64,000 nucleotides of DNA from Candidatus Binatia bacterium. Its GTDB lineage: Bacteria; Desulfobacterota; Binatia; HRBIN30. The translations under genes and the position numbers were made by a program. The DNA lies in contig JBBRSP010000002.1 of the NCBI GenBank assembly GCA_038245295.1, positions 1 through 64,000 of the forward strand. Reading direction: 5' to 3'. Positions 1 through 9,068 of the stretch are shown piece after piece (the first letter of the stretch is position 1; every line of letters begins with the position of its first letter). Under the pieces are notes generated by a model that was not told the DNA's origin, did not search any database, and saw only the letters and a list, made by a program, of their open reading frames with translations.

Positions 1-425
1 AAGAACTGATCCTGTTCGATCCTGACTATCGCCTCAACAAACAGCGCCTGCGCTGGCAGGTGTTCCGGCGCATCGGTAAACGCGGCCTGGTGCGCATCGA
101 AGCGACCAATGGCGATCGCGTCCGCTCCAAGGTCCTGGCTTGCTGGCTACGGGTGGTCGGGGACAACGGCGAGACGCGCCTGCGTGTAGCCACGGGTGTG
201 CGTGGCGACGAGTTGCTGGCGACCCCGGAAGAAGAGGCAGCGAGTGAGCGCCTCGACAAGGAACACGAACGCGAAGCCAAGGAGCAGGAGCGCGAAGCCA
301 AGGAGCGGGAGCGAGAAGCCAAGGAAGCCGCTCTGACGATGGTGGAGCACGAACGCTGCGCCAAGGAAGCCGCCCTGGCACGCGTCCGCGAGCTCGAAGC
401 CGCCGCCAAGCGGCCGCGGCGTTGA
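1..425 (+). CDS. Uma2 (DUF820)-like protein, C-terminal part (5' end outside window)
   Basis: Frame open from window start (ELILFDPDYRL...WQVFRR), followed by 'SKVLACWLRVV...LRVATG...LLATPEE' and an EREAKE coiled-coil tail typical of Uma2-family C-termini. Confidence 0.65.
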   Translation, partial: ELILFDPDYRLNKQRLRWQVFRRIGKRGLVRIEATNGDRVRSKVLACWLRVVGDNGETRLRVATGVRGDELLATPEEEAASERLDKEHEREAKEQEREAKEREREAKEAALTMVEHERCAKEAALARVRELEAAAKRPRR

Positions 426-563
426 CGTAACTCTGGTTGAACTTCTTGCCCTCGACCTTCACCGTGTTCTGCAAGCGCGTTTGTGCGCCGAAGCCTTGGC
501 GAACGCACAAGCAACCGCCAATGGAGAATTTCGAATGGAGACGCTGGCGGCCGCCGGGTCGCG

Positions 564-640
564 GGTAGGCGCAAGCTTTAGCCTGCGGCGGACTAACTGA
601 ACCGCCCTCTCCGGCGCAGGCTAAAGGACCTGCGCCTACC
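564..640. repeat. GTAG-type REP doublet
   Basis: GGTAGGCGCAAGCTTTAGCCTGCG ... CGCAGGCTAAAGGACCTGCGCCTACC inverted pair; same family at 33089-33222. Confidence 0.75.
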
Positions 641-752
641 TCACCGCGTCGATGCCGCGCCGTCCAGGCACTACGCGACATCGTCGAAGCGCCGCTCCGG
701 CGCCGCCCCGGAGCGGCGCGCGTGCGCCGCGAGCCGCGCCTGGCGCAGTGCG

Positions 753-944
753 ATGGGGCCCGATCGGGCGGCGAACCAACGCTTCGATTTCAACGGCGAT
801 GGCCAGGTGGATGAGCGCGACGTCGACGCGACTTTGCATCAGGTCGTGTCGGTGTTCGCCGCGCCGGCTCGGATGGGCCGGTTGCGACGCCCGCCACAAC
901 AGGGCGGGCGTGCCGGTGGCAACGTTGCGTTACAGCGTGCGTAG
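753..944 (+). pseudogene. Small dockerin/EF-hand-like ORF, probably a gene remnant
   Basis: FDFNGDGQVDERDVD calcium-binding-like motif; no signal peptide; overlaps the DyP 3' end. Confidence 0.35.
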
Positions 945-2303
945 ATCGCCGATGACCGGGGCGAAGAAGTATTCGCCACCCTTGACGGTGACGAAGCCGC
1001 CGAAGTTCTCGGGCATGCGCTTGGCGTCCGGGTCGCCCCATTGCACAGGACAGTGTTGGGGACCTTTTACCGCTGCAGCACTGATGACGGGATCGCGCCC
1101 GGGGGCCGGCAATGAGTCGTGCGGCGGGAAGTTGGGGTCGTCCGCCCATTTGATCTGAGTGACCTCGAACTGATTCTCGATGTGTGTCTGGTACGACATG
1201 AACAGCAGTCCCACGCCGCCTTCGGGACGATCTCCCATCCCGTCCTCACGCAGACCGTAGGTGATGCCACGTCGCGCCATGATATGGGTGCGCTCTGTCC
1301 ACTCCGGCTCATCGCCGGAGCCGCGCGGATTGGTCTTGCGGATATGGGCGTGGAGAGGGCATTTGCTCCCACGTGGATCGTCGGCGTAGTTGAAGTTGTT
1401 CATCGGGTCGCCGCCGAATCCGTCTCTCTTGCGAAGCACGACGGGTGTTCCGTCCTCAAACCGGCCCACCATCATGGCCCCGGCAAGCTCCTTGTCCTCG
1501 TCCTTAAAGTCCAGGCTCTCGGCCAGTTTATCCTCCGCTTCGTTGAAGGCGCGGACGTTTTGTTCAAGCTTGCGGAAGACGAAGAAGCTGCCGAGGACGC
1601 GGTTCGCCGCGGTCACCAAAACCTGATTCGCCGGGAAAGCAGGATTCCACATCGAGCTTCCGCCACCGGTCTGCTTCTCATTCTCGACGTCTTCGGCAAG
1701 CAACAGCGGCTGACTGCGACCATCGACGTATCCGAAGTGTTCGACGCCATCACCGCGGCTGTTGAATTGTTGATTGCCGCGCTCTTCGCCAAGCAGTGTC
1801 ACCCCGGCCGCTTCGAGTGACGTCATCACGCTTGCGCGGTCCGCATCCAGCCGCGACCTGTTGTTGTCGGCCAGGAGTAGCATGGCGTGGATGGTGCCCT
1901 TGAAGTAGGTGTCCCACGTCTTGTGATTGTCTTTCAGATCGGCACGCGCCTTCATGCCAGCCTGGAAGGCTGGGCCAGCGGGCGCTTTGTTCGCGACACC
2001 CAATGCCTCGTAGCCGGCGAAGGTGAGAAAGAAGCAGCGCAGTGTGCCACCGTCCTTCTTTGTTTTCTTGAAAGCCGCCGCTTCCGACAGCTGTTGCTTG
2101 GCGCTCTTGAGTTGACCACTCAGTTGATGGATCGCGGCACGAATGCCGGCTGCTTTCGTTGGGTCGAACTTCAAGAACAGGTTGATCGTTGTGTGCCGTC
2201 CGTGTCCCTTGAGGATGTTGGCTTGCAGGTCATCCAAGAGAGCGCCGATGATTGGGTCGTCGCTCTTCCATGGCAGCGGTACGTTCAAGGCAGGAAGTGG
2301 CAT
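930..2303 (-). CDS. Dyp-type (dye-decolorizing) heme peroxidase
   Basis: EHFGYVDGRSQP (GxxDG), AHIRKTNPR (proximal His), MARRGITYG (distal Arg), GGEYFFAP C-terminus; RBS AAAGGA. Confidence 0.92.
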   Translation of the reverse strand: MPLPALNVPLPWKSDDPIIGALLDDLQANILKGHGRHTTINLFLKFDPTKAAGIRAAIHQLSGQLKSAKQQLSEAAAFKKTKKDGGTLRCFFLTFAGYEALGVANKAPAGPAFQAGMKARADLKDNHKTWDTYFKGTIHAMLLLADNNRSRLDADRASVMTSLEAAGVTLLGEERGNQQFNSRGDGVEHFGYVDGRSQPLLLAEDVENEKQTGGGSSMWNPAFPANQVLVTAANRVLGSFFVFRKLEQNVRAFNEAEDKLAESLDFKDEDKELAGAMMVGRFEDGTPVVLRKRDGFGGDPMNNFNYADDPRGSKCPLHAHIRKTNPRGSGDEPEWTERTHIMARRGITYGLREDGMGDRPEGGVGLLFMSYQTHIENQFEVTQIKWADDPNFPPHDSLPAPGRDPVISAAAVKGPQHCPVQWGDPDAKRMPENFGGFVTVKGGEYFFAPVIGDLRTL

Positions 2304-2361
2304 CGGTCGTTTCCTTTCTCGTTGGTCGCGGGCGGCGGCGTTCTTCGGAGGTGATTCCGGG

Positions 2362-2544
2362 TTACGAATTCTTCCCCGTCGGCGTGTGGTGTGAATACAC
2401 CGGGGGCGGGTTTGGTGCGGCGCCGGGGGCCGCGTGATCGAGATGACGAGCCGGCCGCCGACCTGCCCAGTTGCAGGCGCCCCAGAGCGCGAGGTTGCAT
2501 TGCGTCAGCTCGGTCACCAGTTCTTCCATGTCCATCTTCGGCAT
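2362..2544 (-). CDS. Small hypothetical protein (~60 aa, MPKMDMEELVTELTQCNLALWGACNW...)
   Basis: Strong RBS AGAGGAG 6 nt upstream of ATG 2544 (alternative ATG 2550); lies directly behind a sigma54 promoter motif. Confidence 0.55.
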   Translation of the reverse strand: MPKMDMEELVTELTQCNLALWGACNWAGRRPARHLDHAAPGAAPNPPPVYSHHTPTGKNS

Positions 2545-2567
2545 TGGCATCTCCTCTCGGATTCAAG

Positions 2568-2584
2568 AGCACAGCCAATGCCAA
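2568..2584 (-). promoter_or_regulatory. sigma54 (-24/-12) promoter for small ORF + DyP
   Basis: Minus strand TTGGCATTGGCTGTGCT = GG-N10-GC; predicted TSS ~2557 just before the RBS; directly downstream of a sigma54 activator gene. Confidence 0.7.
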
Positions 2585-2711
2585 CTCGTCGCCGACCGCC
2601 CGGAGTCGAAGATGCTTGCCTTGGGAGCCGGGTGGCGATCGCTCGTCTGAACACGACGGGCGCTTCCACCGGACACCTGTAAGGCAAGGTAAACGCGGGA
2701 CGGTACGACAC

Positions 2712-4313
2712 TTACTTGACCCCGTATTCTTTGATTTTTTCATGGACGAAGGCGCGCGACAGCCCAAGCAGGCGGGCCGCCTGGGTGACGTTGCCATTGG
2801 CGCGGCGCAGAGCCTCGCGAATGTATTCGGCTTCAAAGGCGGCACGCGCCGTGCGGAACGAAGCGAGGTCCTGCTCGCCTGGCGGTGGTGCCGTCGCCGG
2901 ATCCTCGCTCGCGCCACCATCGACAGCCGACCACTCCGCTTCCGCATATTCCGCCGAGTCCGCCGGCGGCGACGGAAGATGTTGAGGGCCAATCAACTCG
3001 CCGGCGCGAACCAGGGCGACGGCACGTTCGATCGCGCTACGTAACTCGCGAACATTGCCGCGCCATGGAAGACGGACGAGTGCGTCGAGGGCGCCCGGCG
3101 CAAAACCGGGAACCGACTTGTGCTCTCGTTCGGCGGCAAGGTGGAGAAAATGATCGGCGAGCAGGGGGATGTCGCCGCGGCGGTCCCGCAGCGGCGGCAG
3201 TGTGATCGGGAAGGTCGCCAGGCGGTAGTAGAGATCGCGGCGGAAGCGACCCTGTTCAATCTCCTCGGCCAGGGTTCGATTGGTGGCGGAGATGACGCGA
3301 ACGTCGACCCGGCGCGGTGACGTGTCACCGATGGGCACGACCTCGCCTTCCTGCAGAACGCGCAGCAGGCGCGCCTGCATCGTGCTCGGCATCTCGCCAA
3401 TTTCGTCGAGGAAGATCGTGCCGCCATCCGCGGCTTCAAAAAAACCGATCTGATCACGTGCCGCTCCGGTGAACGAGCCGCGGCGGTGACCGAACAGCTG
3501 ACTTTCGAGCAACGTTTCCGGCAACGCGGCGCAGTTCACCGCGACAAAAGGCTGGTCGGCGCGGTTGCTGGCGCGGTGGATGGCACGCGCCACGGGCTCC
3601 TTGCCGGTACCCGTTTCACCTTCGAGGAGAACGGTGATCCGCGATGCCGCGGCGCTCTCGATGAGACGAAAGACGCTGTCCATGGCCGGTGTTGTGCCGA
3701 TGAGCTCGCGGTGTCGTTCGCGGCCGGCGAGGTCGCGGCGCAACACGGCGACCTGCACCTCGAGTTTCTGCTGCGAGGTTTTCACCTGGGCGTAGAGGTG
3801 CGCGTTATCGAGGGCGATGGCGATGCTCGCCGAGAGCGTATCGAGAAACTCGAGGTCGGCGGCGGTGAATTCGCTGCCGACCTTGTTGCGCAGCTCGATG
3901 ACCCCAATGATGCCCTGGCGCGTCCGCAGCGGCGCGCAGAGCAACGAATGGGTCGTCATGCCGGAGTGGCTGTCGACGTTGGGATACCAGCGCGGATCGC
4001 TGGCGACATCCTTTACCAACTGCGCGATGCCGTGCTGGATGATCCAACCGGCGATCCCGCGGTCGGCCGGAAAACTGATTTCCGAAAAACGTTTGCCAAC
4101 TTCCGGCGCGACGTCGGCGATATGGCAAAAGTGCAGGTTGCGCCGATCGTCATCGAGAAGCAGCAAGGCGCTGCTCTCGGCGTTGAGCAGAACCTTGGTG
4201 CGCTCGATGACGAACGGCACGAGCTCGTCGATGTCGACGAGCGAGCAGAATTGCCGGCTCATCTCGTACAGGAGCCCGAGGCGCGTATCGGGACGATCAG
4301 TGCCCTGATTCAC
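2712..4313 (-). CDS. GAF-domain sigma54-dependent enhancer-binding activator (NifA/FhlA-like, Fis HTH)
   Basis: N-terminal GAF ([22 protein letters not shown]), Walker [15 protein letters not shown] loop, [17 protein letters not shown]-terminal [14 protein letters not shown]. Confidence 0.93.
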   Translation of the reverse strand: MNQGTDRPDTRLGLLYEMSRQFCSLVDIDELVPFVIERTKVLLNAESSALLLLDDDRRNLHFCHIADVAPEVGKRFSEISFPADRGIAGWIIQHGIAQLVKDVASDPRWYPNVDSHSGMTTHSLLCAPLRTRQGIIGVIELRNKVGSEFTAADLEFLDTLSASIAIALDNAHLYAQVKTSQQKLEVQVAVLRRDLAGRERHRELIGTTPAMDSVFRLIESAAASRITVLLEGETGTGKEPVARAIHRASNRADQPFVAVNCAALPETLLESQLFGHRRGSFTGAARDQIGFFEAADGGTIFLDEIGEMPSTMQARLLRVLQEGEVVPIGDTSPRRVDVRVISATNRTLAEEIEQGRFRRDLYYRLATFPITLPPLRDRRGDIPLLADHFLHLAAEREHKSVPGFAPGALDALVRLPWRGNVRELRSAIERAVALVRAGELIGPQHLPSPPADSAEYAEAEWSAVDGGASEDPATAPPPGEQDLASFRTARAAFEAEYIREALRRANGNVTQAARLLGLSRAFVHEKIKEYGVK

Positions 4314-4346
4314 ATCGTGCCTCGCATTCCTGATGAGTCACACACA

Positions 4347-4973
4347 TCAAACTCCAGGACGTTTTTCGACGATCCCTGTCTTAGGACTGCCGTCCCAGCG
4401 AACCACGACAACCTGATCCGTCGGGACGCCGGGGATCACGCCGATGTCCGGGAGGCGTGGCGTGTAGACGATCACGGTCACCAGGTTGGCGTTCCACGTG
4501 ATGCCGACATGCACGTGGCCGGTGCCCGCGGTTCCCGCATCCTGATCTGTGGGAGGCGTGCATACCCATAACGTCTCGATGTCGAGCGGCGCGCCACCGA
4601 GGCGCTCCGGCGCCTTTCCTAGAGCGATCTCCAGAGCTTTGATGAATCCTCGCCGCAGAACAGGTGCAACGGGATCAGCCCCGGGCCACCAACCTTGTGG
4701 GGCTTCGGGCAACCAGTCGTCCCGAAAGTGAGCCGCATCGCCTTTGATGTCGTCGGTGAAGATCCCGTGGCCTACCGTCAGCCCGAGGAATGCCGCCCTC
4801 AAGGCGTTCTGTGCGCCTTTGTCGCCGGGATTCTCGAGTTGCGGAATGTCGATTTTTAGCTGATTCAACGCGTCCAAGACGAGTTGCTGTTTGCCGGTGG
4901 CGACGGCAAGCAGCGTATCGAGCTTCTTCAAATTGCCCCCGCGCGAGAGCATTTCTGGCATCTGTCCAGGCAT
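4347..4973 (-). CDS. Hypothetical protein (208 aa)
   Basis: Good RBS (AAAGGA-TAAATA-ATG), globular-looking composition, co-oriented between the STAND-cyclase and the sigma54 activator. Confidence 0.75.
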   Translation of the reverse strand: MPGQMPEMLSRGGNLKKLDTLLAVATGKQQLVLDALNQLKIDIPQLENPGDKGAQNALRAAFLGLTVGHGIFTDDIKGDAAHFRDDWLPEAPQGWWPGADPVAPVLRRGFIKALEIALGKAPERLGGAPLDIETLWVCTPPTDQDAGTAGTGHVHVGITWNANLVTVIVYTPRLPDIGVIPGVPTDQVVVVRWDGSPKTGIVEKRPGV

Positions 4974-5020
4974 TATTTATCCTTTCCTTTCTGGCGGCTG
5001 TTGCCGCGGTGTATCCCCCT

Positions 5021-5038
5021 AAGGCGTGCGCACGCCTT
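5021..5038. promoter_or_regulatory. Perfect 18-bp palindrome (operator or hairpin)
   Basis: AAGGCGTGCGCACGCCTT is its own reverse complement; lies in the ~95-bp gap between 5070 and 4973. Confidence 0.45.
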
Positions 5039-5069
5039 TTGTTGACTGTGTGCGACTATCGAGTGGCGG

Positions 5070-8000
5070 TCACTCGTCCCAGGCCACCGCGTGCAGACGA
5101 AACGGCTGTGACAGGCCCTTCAGAGCGACACTTCCTTGATCGAGGAAGGTAAATCCTCTTCCGGCCGCGAGTTGCCGGACGACGTCGGAAACGAGACTCT
5201 GATCACCGTTGGCGCGCGCGCAGATGCGCGCCGCGGCGTTTACGGAAGCTCCGAAGAGCTGCCCTTCCTCGATGATCGGTGTGCCGGCGTTGAGACCGAT
5301 ACGCACACGGATGGCGCTCTCGGGATGGGCGCGATTGTAGGCCGCCAGGCCGCGTTGGATGGCGGCGGCGCAGCCGAGGGCGGCGGCTGCGGAGCCGAAC
5401 CAGGCATTCAGACCATCGCCCGTGTGCTTGATCTCGCAACCGTTGTGACGGCCGAGGCAGTCACGCAAGATGTTGTTGTGGATGCGCAACAGCTCCTGCG
5501 ACCGCAAGTCGCCAAGGCGATCGATGAGGCTCGTGTAGTCTTCGATGTCGGTAAACATGATGACGGCGGTCTGCGTCGTCGGCAGGCTGGCAGGTGGCCG
5601 GGTGATCGCGCGTACCCTCTGCGGCGAGAGAGCACCGAGGCCTTGGCACACCGCGTAGGCAACCGCCGCGGCGCGATCGACGCAGTCGGTTTTCTGCAGG
5701 ACCCGGACGAGCACGTCGGTCAACGTGGTGTGGGTCAACAGCAATTCATCCGCCATCTCGGCATCGCTGCGTCCGAGCGCCAGGTACACCAGCACTTCCT
5801 TCTCGCGGTCGCTCAAGTTCGCCGGGTTGGGGTTCGGTCGTGCGGCGAACACGGGCAGCGACGTTCCCAGCGTCTTGGCGAACGCATCCGCTTGCTGCAG
5901 GAAGGGCCACATCTCCAACTCGTGAAAGATCGCCGCGGCACGTTGCAAACGATCGATGGCGCCGGCGCGTTCGCCACCACCCCGCGCGACGACCATACGC
6001 GCCGCGTCGAGATAGGTGCGTCCAAGCTCCGGGCGCATCCCGGCCGCATCAGCGATACGGATGGCTTCTTCGAAGTGTTCTGCCGCCTCGTCCCAGCGCC
6101 GTTCGACGGTTGCGGCGACGCCGCAGACACGCGGCACCAGAAATGACCAGCTGTTGCAAAGCACTGCTCCGCGGGCGACGGCGTCGTTCAAGCTTGCCGC
6201 GGCGGCCGCAACGATGGCCGGTTCACCCGCCGCCGCTCCGATTTCCACCAGAGCGCAGGCGCAGACGATGGTGTTGATGTCGCTGCCGGCGTCGCGCAGG
6301 ACGCCCTGCACGGCGCGCGCAAACTGCGCCGCGTCGGCCACCTCGAGCCGCTCGGCGTACAGGGCGATGAGTTGTCGATAAACCCATCCGACGAAACGTA
6401 CGGAGGCCCCGGGCTCGGGGAATACGCGTCCTGGTTCCTCGAGGAGAGTGATTGCATCTTCTGCGGCGGCCCATTCGCCGCGCAGGGCGCGCGCCGCGGC
6501 AAGTGACGGCAAGAAAAGCAGTGCTCCCCACGGATAGCTGGAGCGCCGCAGCATACGCATGCCCTCGCTGGCGTGTTGTTCGACCGCTCCGAAGGCGCCG
6601 CGCGCCAGGGCAACGGCGGTTGACGTTGTCGACGATAGGGAGCAACCGCTCCAATCCTGCAGACGACGAGCGAACGCGGTCGACTCGTCGGCCGCCACAC
6701 TCGCCTCGCCCAGGCGACCCATCCACGTCAGCACCAGTGGTCGTCGTTGCAGCGCCTGAGCTTGCAACCAGAGGTCCGGGGCCCGTGCCGCATCTGCCTC
6801 CGCCGCCGCGTAACACTCGAGCGCGGCGCGCAGATCCAGCTGCTGCAGCAGCGCCAGGGCCATGCCGAGACGGGCATAGGCACAGAGTTGCGTATCATCG
6901 GTTTCGAGGCCGATGCGCACGGCGAGATCGGACATCTCTCTCGCCTTCTCCGGCTGCCGGGCGGTCCAGTAGACCTCGCCGATTGTTTCCCAAATACGCC
7001 CACTGAGCGGCGGATCACTGTCGCCGAGAGCCCGCACCGCTTCTTCGAGCGGCCCGACGTCGATCAGCGTTCCGTACGGTACGGGAACGAGTTCGAACTG
7101 GGCGCGGGTCTTATCGGCAAGCGTCTTGGCGATGCCATGGCGATCGCCGCTCGCCCGGTAGAGCTCCACCGCCAGATCATAGTGGGCCAGGCAAGGCTCA
7201 GGGTGGCGATCGTGATGGTAGCTGTAGGCGGTTCGGTAATGCAGCTCTGCGCGCTCCGCCGGACTGACATGGTCTGATTGCTGCGCCGCCGAAGCGGCAA
7301 TCTCGTAGTAACGCGCCGCCTCACCCCAGGCGTACATTTCGAGGGCGCGGTCCGCCGCCATACGAACGGCGCCAACGGCGTGCGCCGACTGGCCCATGTC
7401 GCCCGCCGCGATGAGATGGTGGGCGATTTCGAACGACCGGTCCTGGCCATCGTTGGCGGAAAGTGCGTCGAGCACGGCGGCGATGCGCCCGTGTTGCCGC
7501 GCCCGCTGCTCGGCATCCGTCATCTCGAAGGAGACGTGTTGTACCAACGGATGGGCAAAGCGCAGGCAGTCCCCTTCGCTGCGCACCAGGCCGTGTGTCC
7601 TCGCCTCGGCGAGGAGAGGTTCCACTTCCCTGGCATCGCAGCCACCGACGCTGGCGATGACGTCTGCCGTGAAGGAGCCTCCCAGAGACGCCGCGATGCC
7701 GAGGACGTTGCGGCAACGCTCACTCAGGCCCTGCATCCGTGCAGCGATTGCTCCGACGACATGCTGGGGAAGGCGAAGGTCGTGGGCCAGAGCCGCGGTG
7801 ACCAACTCACCACCGCGCTCCTGCACGGCGCCGTCGCGCAGCAGTTGGTGCAGCGACTCTTCGACGAAGAGCGGATTGCCGCCGGTTGCCGCGACGACCG
7901 TGGCGACGAGTTGAGGCGATGGACGCCCCAGGTGAAGCGAAAGGATCAGGTCGGCGGTTTCCGCCTCGTCGAACTCGGGCAGCGCCAAAGTTTGGCAGAT

Positions 8001-8858
8001 CTGTTCGCCCCGTAGGCTGGCGAGCACACCGTCGAGGGCATTCTCCGCATCAACCGGTCGGTACGCCGCGACGATCATCAGAGCGACGCCCTGGCGTTCG
8101 CCGCTGTCGGCGGCCGCGAAGACTAGGTGACGCAGCAGGTCCAGGGAGGGACGATCCGCCCAGTGCAAATCGTCGAAAACGAGCACCATCGGTTGTCGCT
8201 GCGCTGCCGCGATCACCGCGTGGGAAACAGCGCCGAACAGGCGGTATCGATCGCGTTCGGTTGGCGCACGCACCGAGCCACGGCCCTCTGTTCTCGGTAG
8301 TTGAAGGAGCTGCCGGATCGGCTCGGCATCGTCGCCAAGGGTGGCGTCGAGGTCTCCCAGCGTCTCCAGAATGGGTCCGAGGATGCCGTCGACGAACGGC
8401 AGATAGGGCTGTGACATCTCTTCGCGACAGCGCGAATAGTGGAAGTGCAGAGAGTCTTCCGATGTTGTCTCGACTTGCCGCAGGAAGCGCGTCTTGCCGA
8501 TGCCCGGCTCGCCGGGCAGGAGTATGACGCGCGGCTGCCCGCGCAGAATCTCTTCGACTCTGGAATTCCACCACGCCAACTCATCGCGGCGGCAAACAAA
8601 CGGTGCTGTGGCACCTTCGAGTTCTCTTAGTTCCACCGGTCGTGCGCGCTCCTGGTCAATGTCGCGAATCCGGTCGGCGATCGGACCAGTCGAGTCCCAA
8701 TCGCAGTCCCCCGCGCCGCGTAACTCTTGCCTCATTCCAAGGGCAGGCTGCAAGCTTAACGGGGTCCAATCGTGCTCGATGTGTAGGGTATGTTGTACAG
8801 TGTCCAGGCGGCGCACAGATCGGAGTAATCCAATGATCGTGCCTGTGCGACCACGCAA
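5070..8858 (-). CDS. STAND AAA ATPase-TPR-LuxR-like HTH-class III adenylate/guanylate cyclase fusion (start uncertain)
   Basis: GEPGIGKT, VLVFDDLHWAD, TGGNPLF, RFAHPL; LSDREKEVLVYLALGRSDAEMADEL HTH; VIMFTDIEDYT, IKHTGDG, RIGLNAG, FGASVNAAARI cyclase motifs. Confidence 0.9.
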   Translation of the reverse strand: MRGRTGTIIGLLRSVRRLDTVQHTLHIEHDWTPLSLQPALGMRQELRGAGDCDWDSTGPIADRIRDIDQERARPVELRELEGATAPFVCRRDELAWWNSRVEEILRGQPRVILLPGEPGIGKTRFLRQVETTSEDSLHFHYSRCREEMSQPYLPFVDGILGPILETLGDLDATLGDDAEPIRQLLQLPRTEGRGSVRAPTERDRYRLFGAVSHAVIAAAQRQPMVLVFDDLHWADRPSLDLLRHLVFAAADSGERQGVALMIVAAYRPVDAENALDGVLASLRGEQICQTLALPEFDEAETADLILSLHLGRPSPQLVATVVAATGGNPLFVEESLHQLLRDGAVQERGGELVTAALAHDLRLPQHVVGAIAARMQGLSERCRNVLGIAASLGGSFTADVIASVGGCDAREVEPLLAEARTHGLVRSEGDCLRFAHPLVQHVSFEMTDAEQRARQHGRIAAVLDALSANDGQDRSFEIAHHLIAAGDMGQSAHAVGAVRMAADRALEMYAWGEAARYYEIAASAAQQSDHVSPAERAELHYRTAYSYHHDRHPEPCLAHYDLAVELYRASGDRHGIAKTLADKTRAQFELVPVPYGTLIDVGPLEEAVRALGDSDPPLSGRIWETIGEVYWTARQPEKAREMSDLAVRIGLETDDTQLCAYARLGMALALLQQLDLRAALECYAAAEADAARAPDLWLQAQALQRRPLVLTWMGRLGEASVAADESTAFARRLQDWSGCSLSSTTSTAVALARGAFGAVEQHASEGMRMLRRSSYPWGALLFLPSLAAARALRGEWAAAEDAITLLEEPGRVFPEPGASVRFVGWVYRQLIALYAERLEVADAAQFARAVQGVLRDAGSDINTIVCACALVEIGAAAGEPAIVAAAAASLNDAVARGAVLCNSWSFLVPRVCGVAATVERRWDEAAEHFEEAIRIADAAGMRPELGRTYLDAARMVVARGGGERAGAIDRLQRAAAIFHELEMWPFLQQADAFAKTLGTSLPVFAARPNPNPANLSDREKEVLVYLALGRSDAEMADELLLTHTTLTDVLVRVLQKTDCVDRAAAVAYAVCQGLGALSPQRVRAITRPPASLPTTQTAVIMFTDIEDYTSLIDRLGDLRSQELLRIHNNILRDCLGRHNGCEIKHTGDGLNAWFGSAAAALGCAAAIQRGLAAYNRAHPESAIRVRIGLNAGTPIIEEGQLFGASVNAAARICARANGDQSLVSDVVRQLAAGRGFTFLDQGSVALKGLSQPFRLHAVAWDE

Positions 8859-9068
8859 TGAATCATCGAAGGATCACGACTGATCCGGCAACGATCGTCC
8901 GCCCCTCCGGACATCACCCGAGTAGGGGAGTCGGGGATTTCGGACGATGATGTCCGGGAAACCTGACATCGGGATCTCGACGAGTGCCTCGGAGGCCGAA
9001 CCAACCAAAGCACTCGAGGATCAAGCCAGGATTGAATGTGCCAGGGGCATGATGAGATGTTGCATCCC

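Noticed and set aside
930..2303. DyP as encapsulin cargo
   Set aside because: No encapsulin gene nearby and no clear C-terminal targeting extension after the GGEYFFAP motif
2712..4313. Calling the activator nifA, given nifJ in the window
   Set aside because: No nitrogenase genes and no TGT-N10-ACA site seen. GAF-AAA-Fis architecture and PFOR are widespread outside nitrogen fixation.
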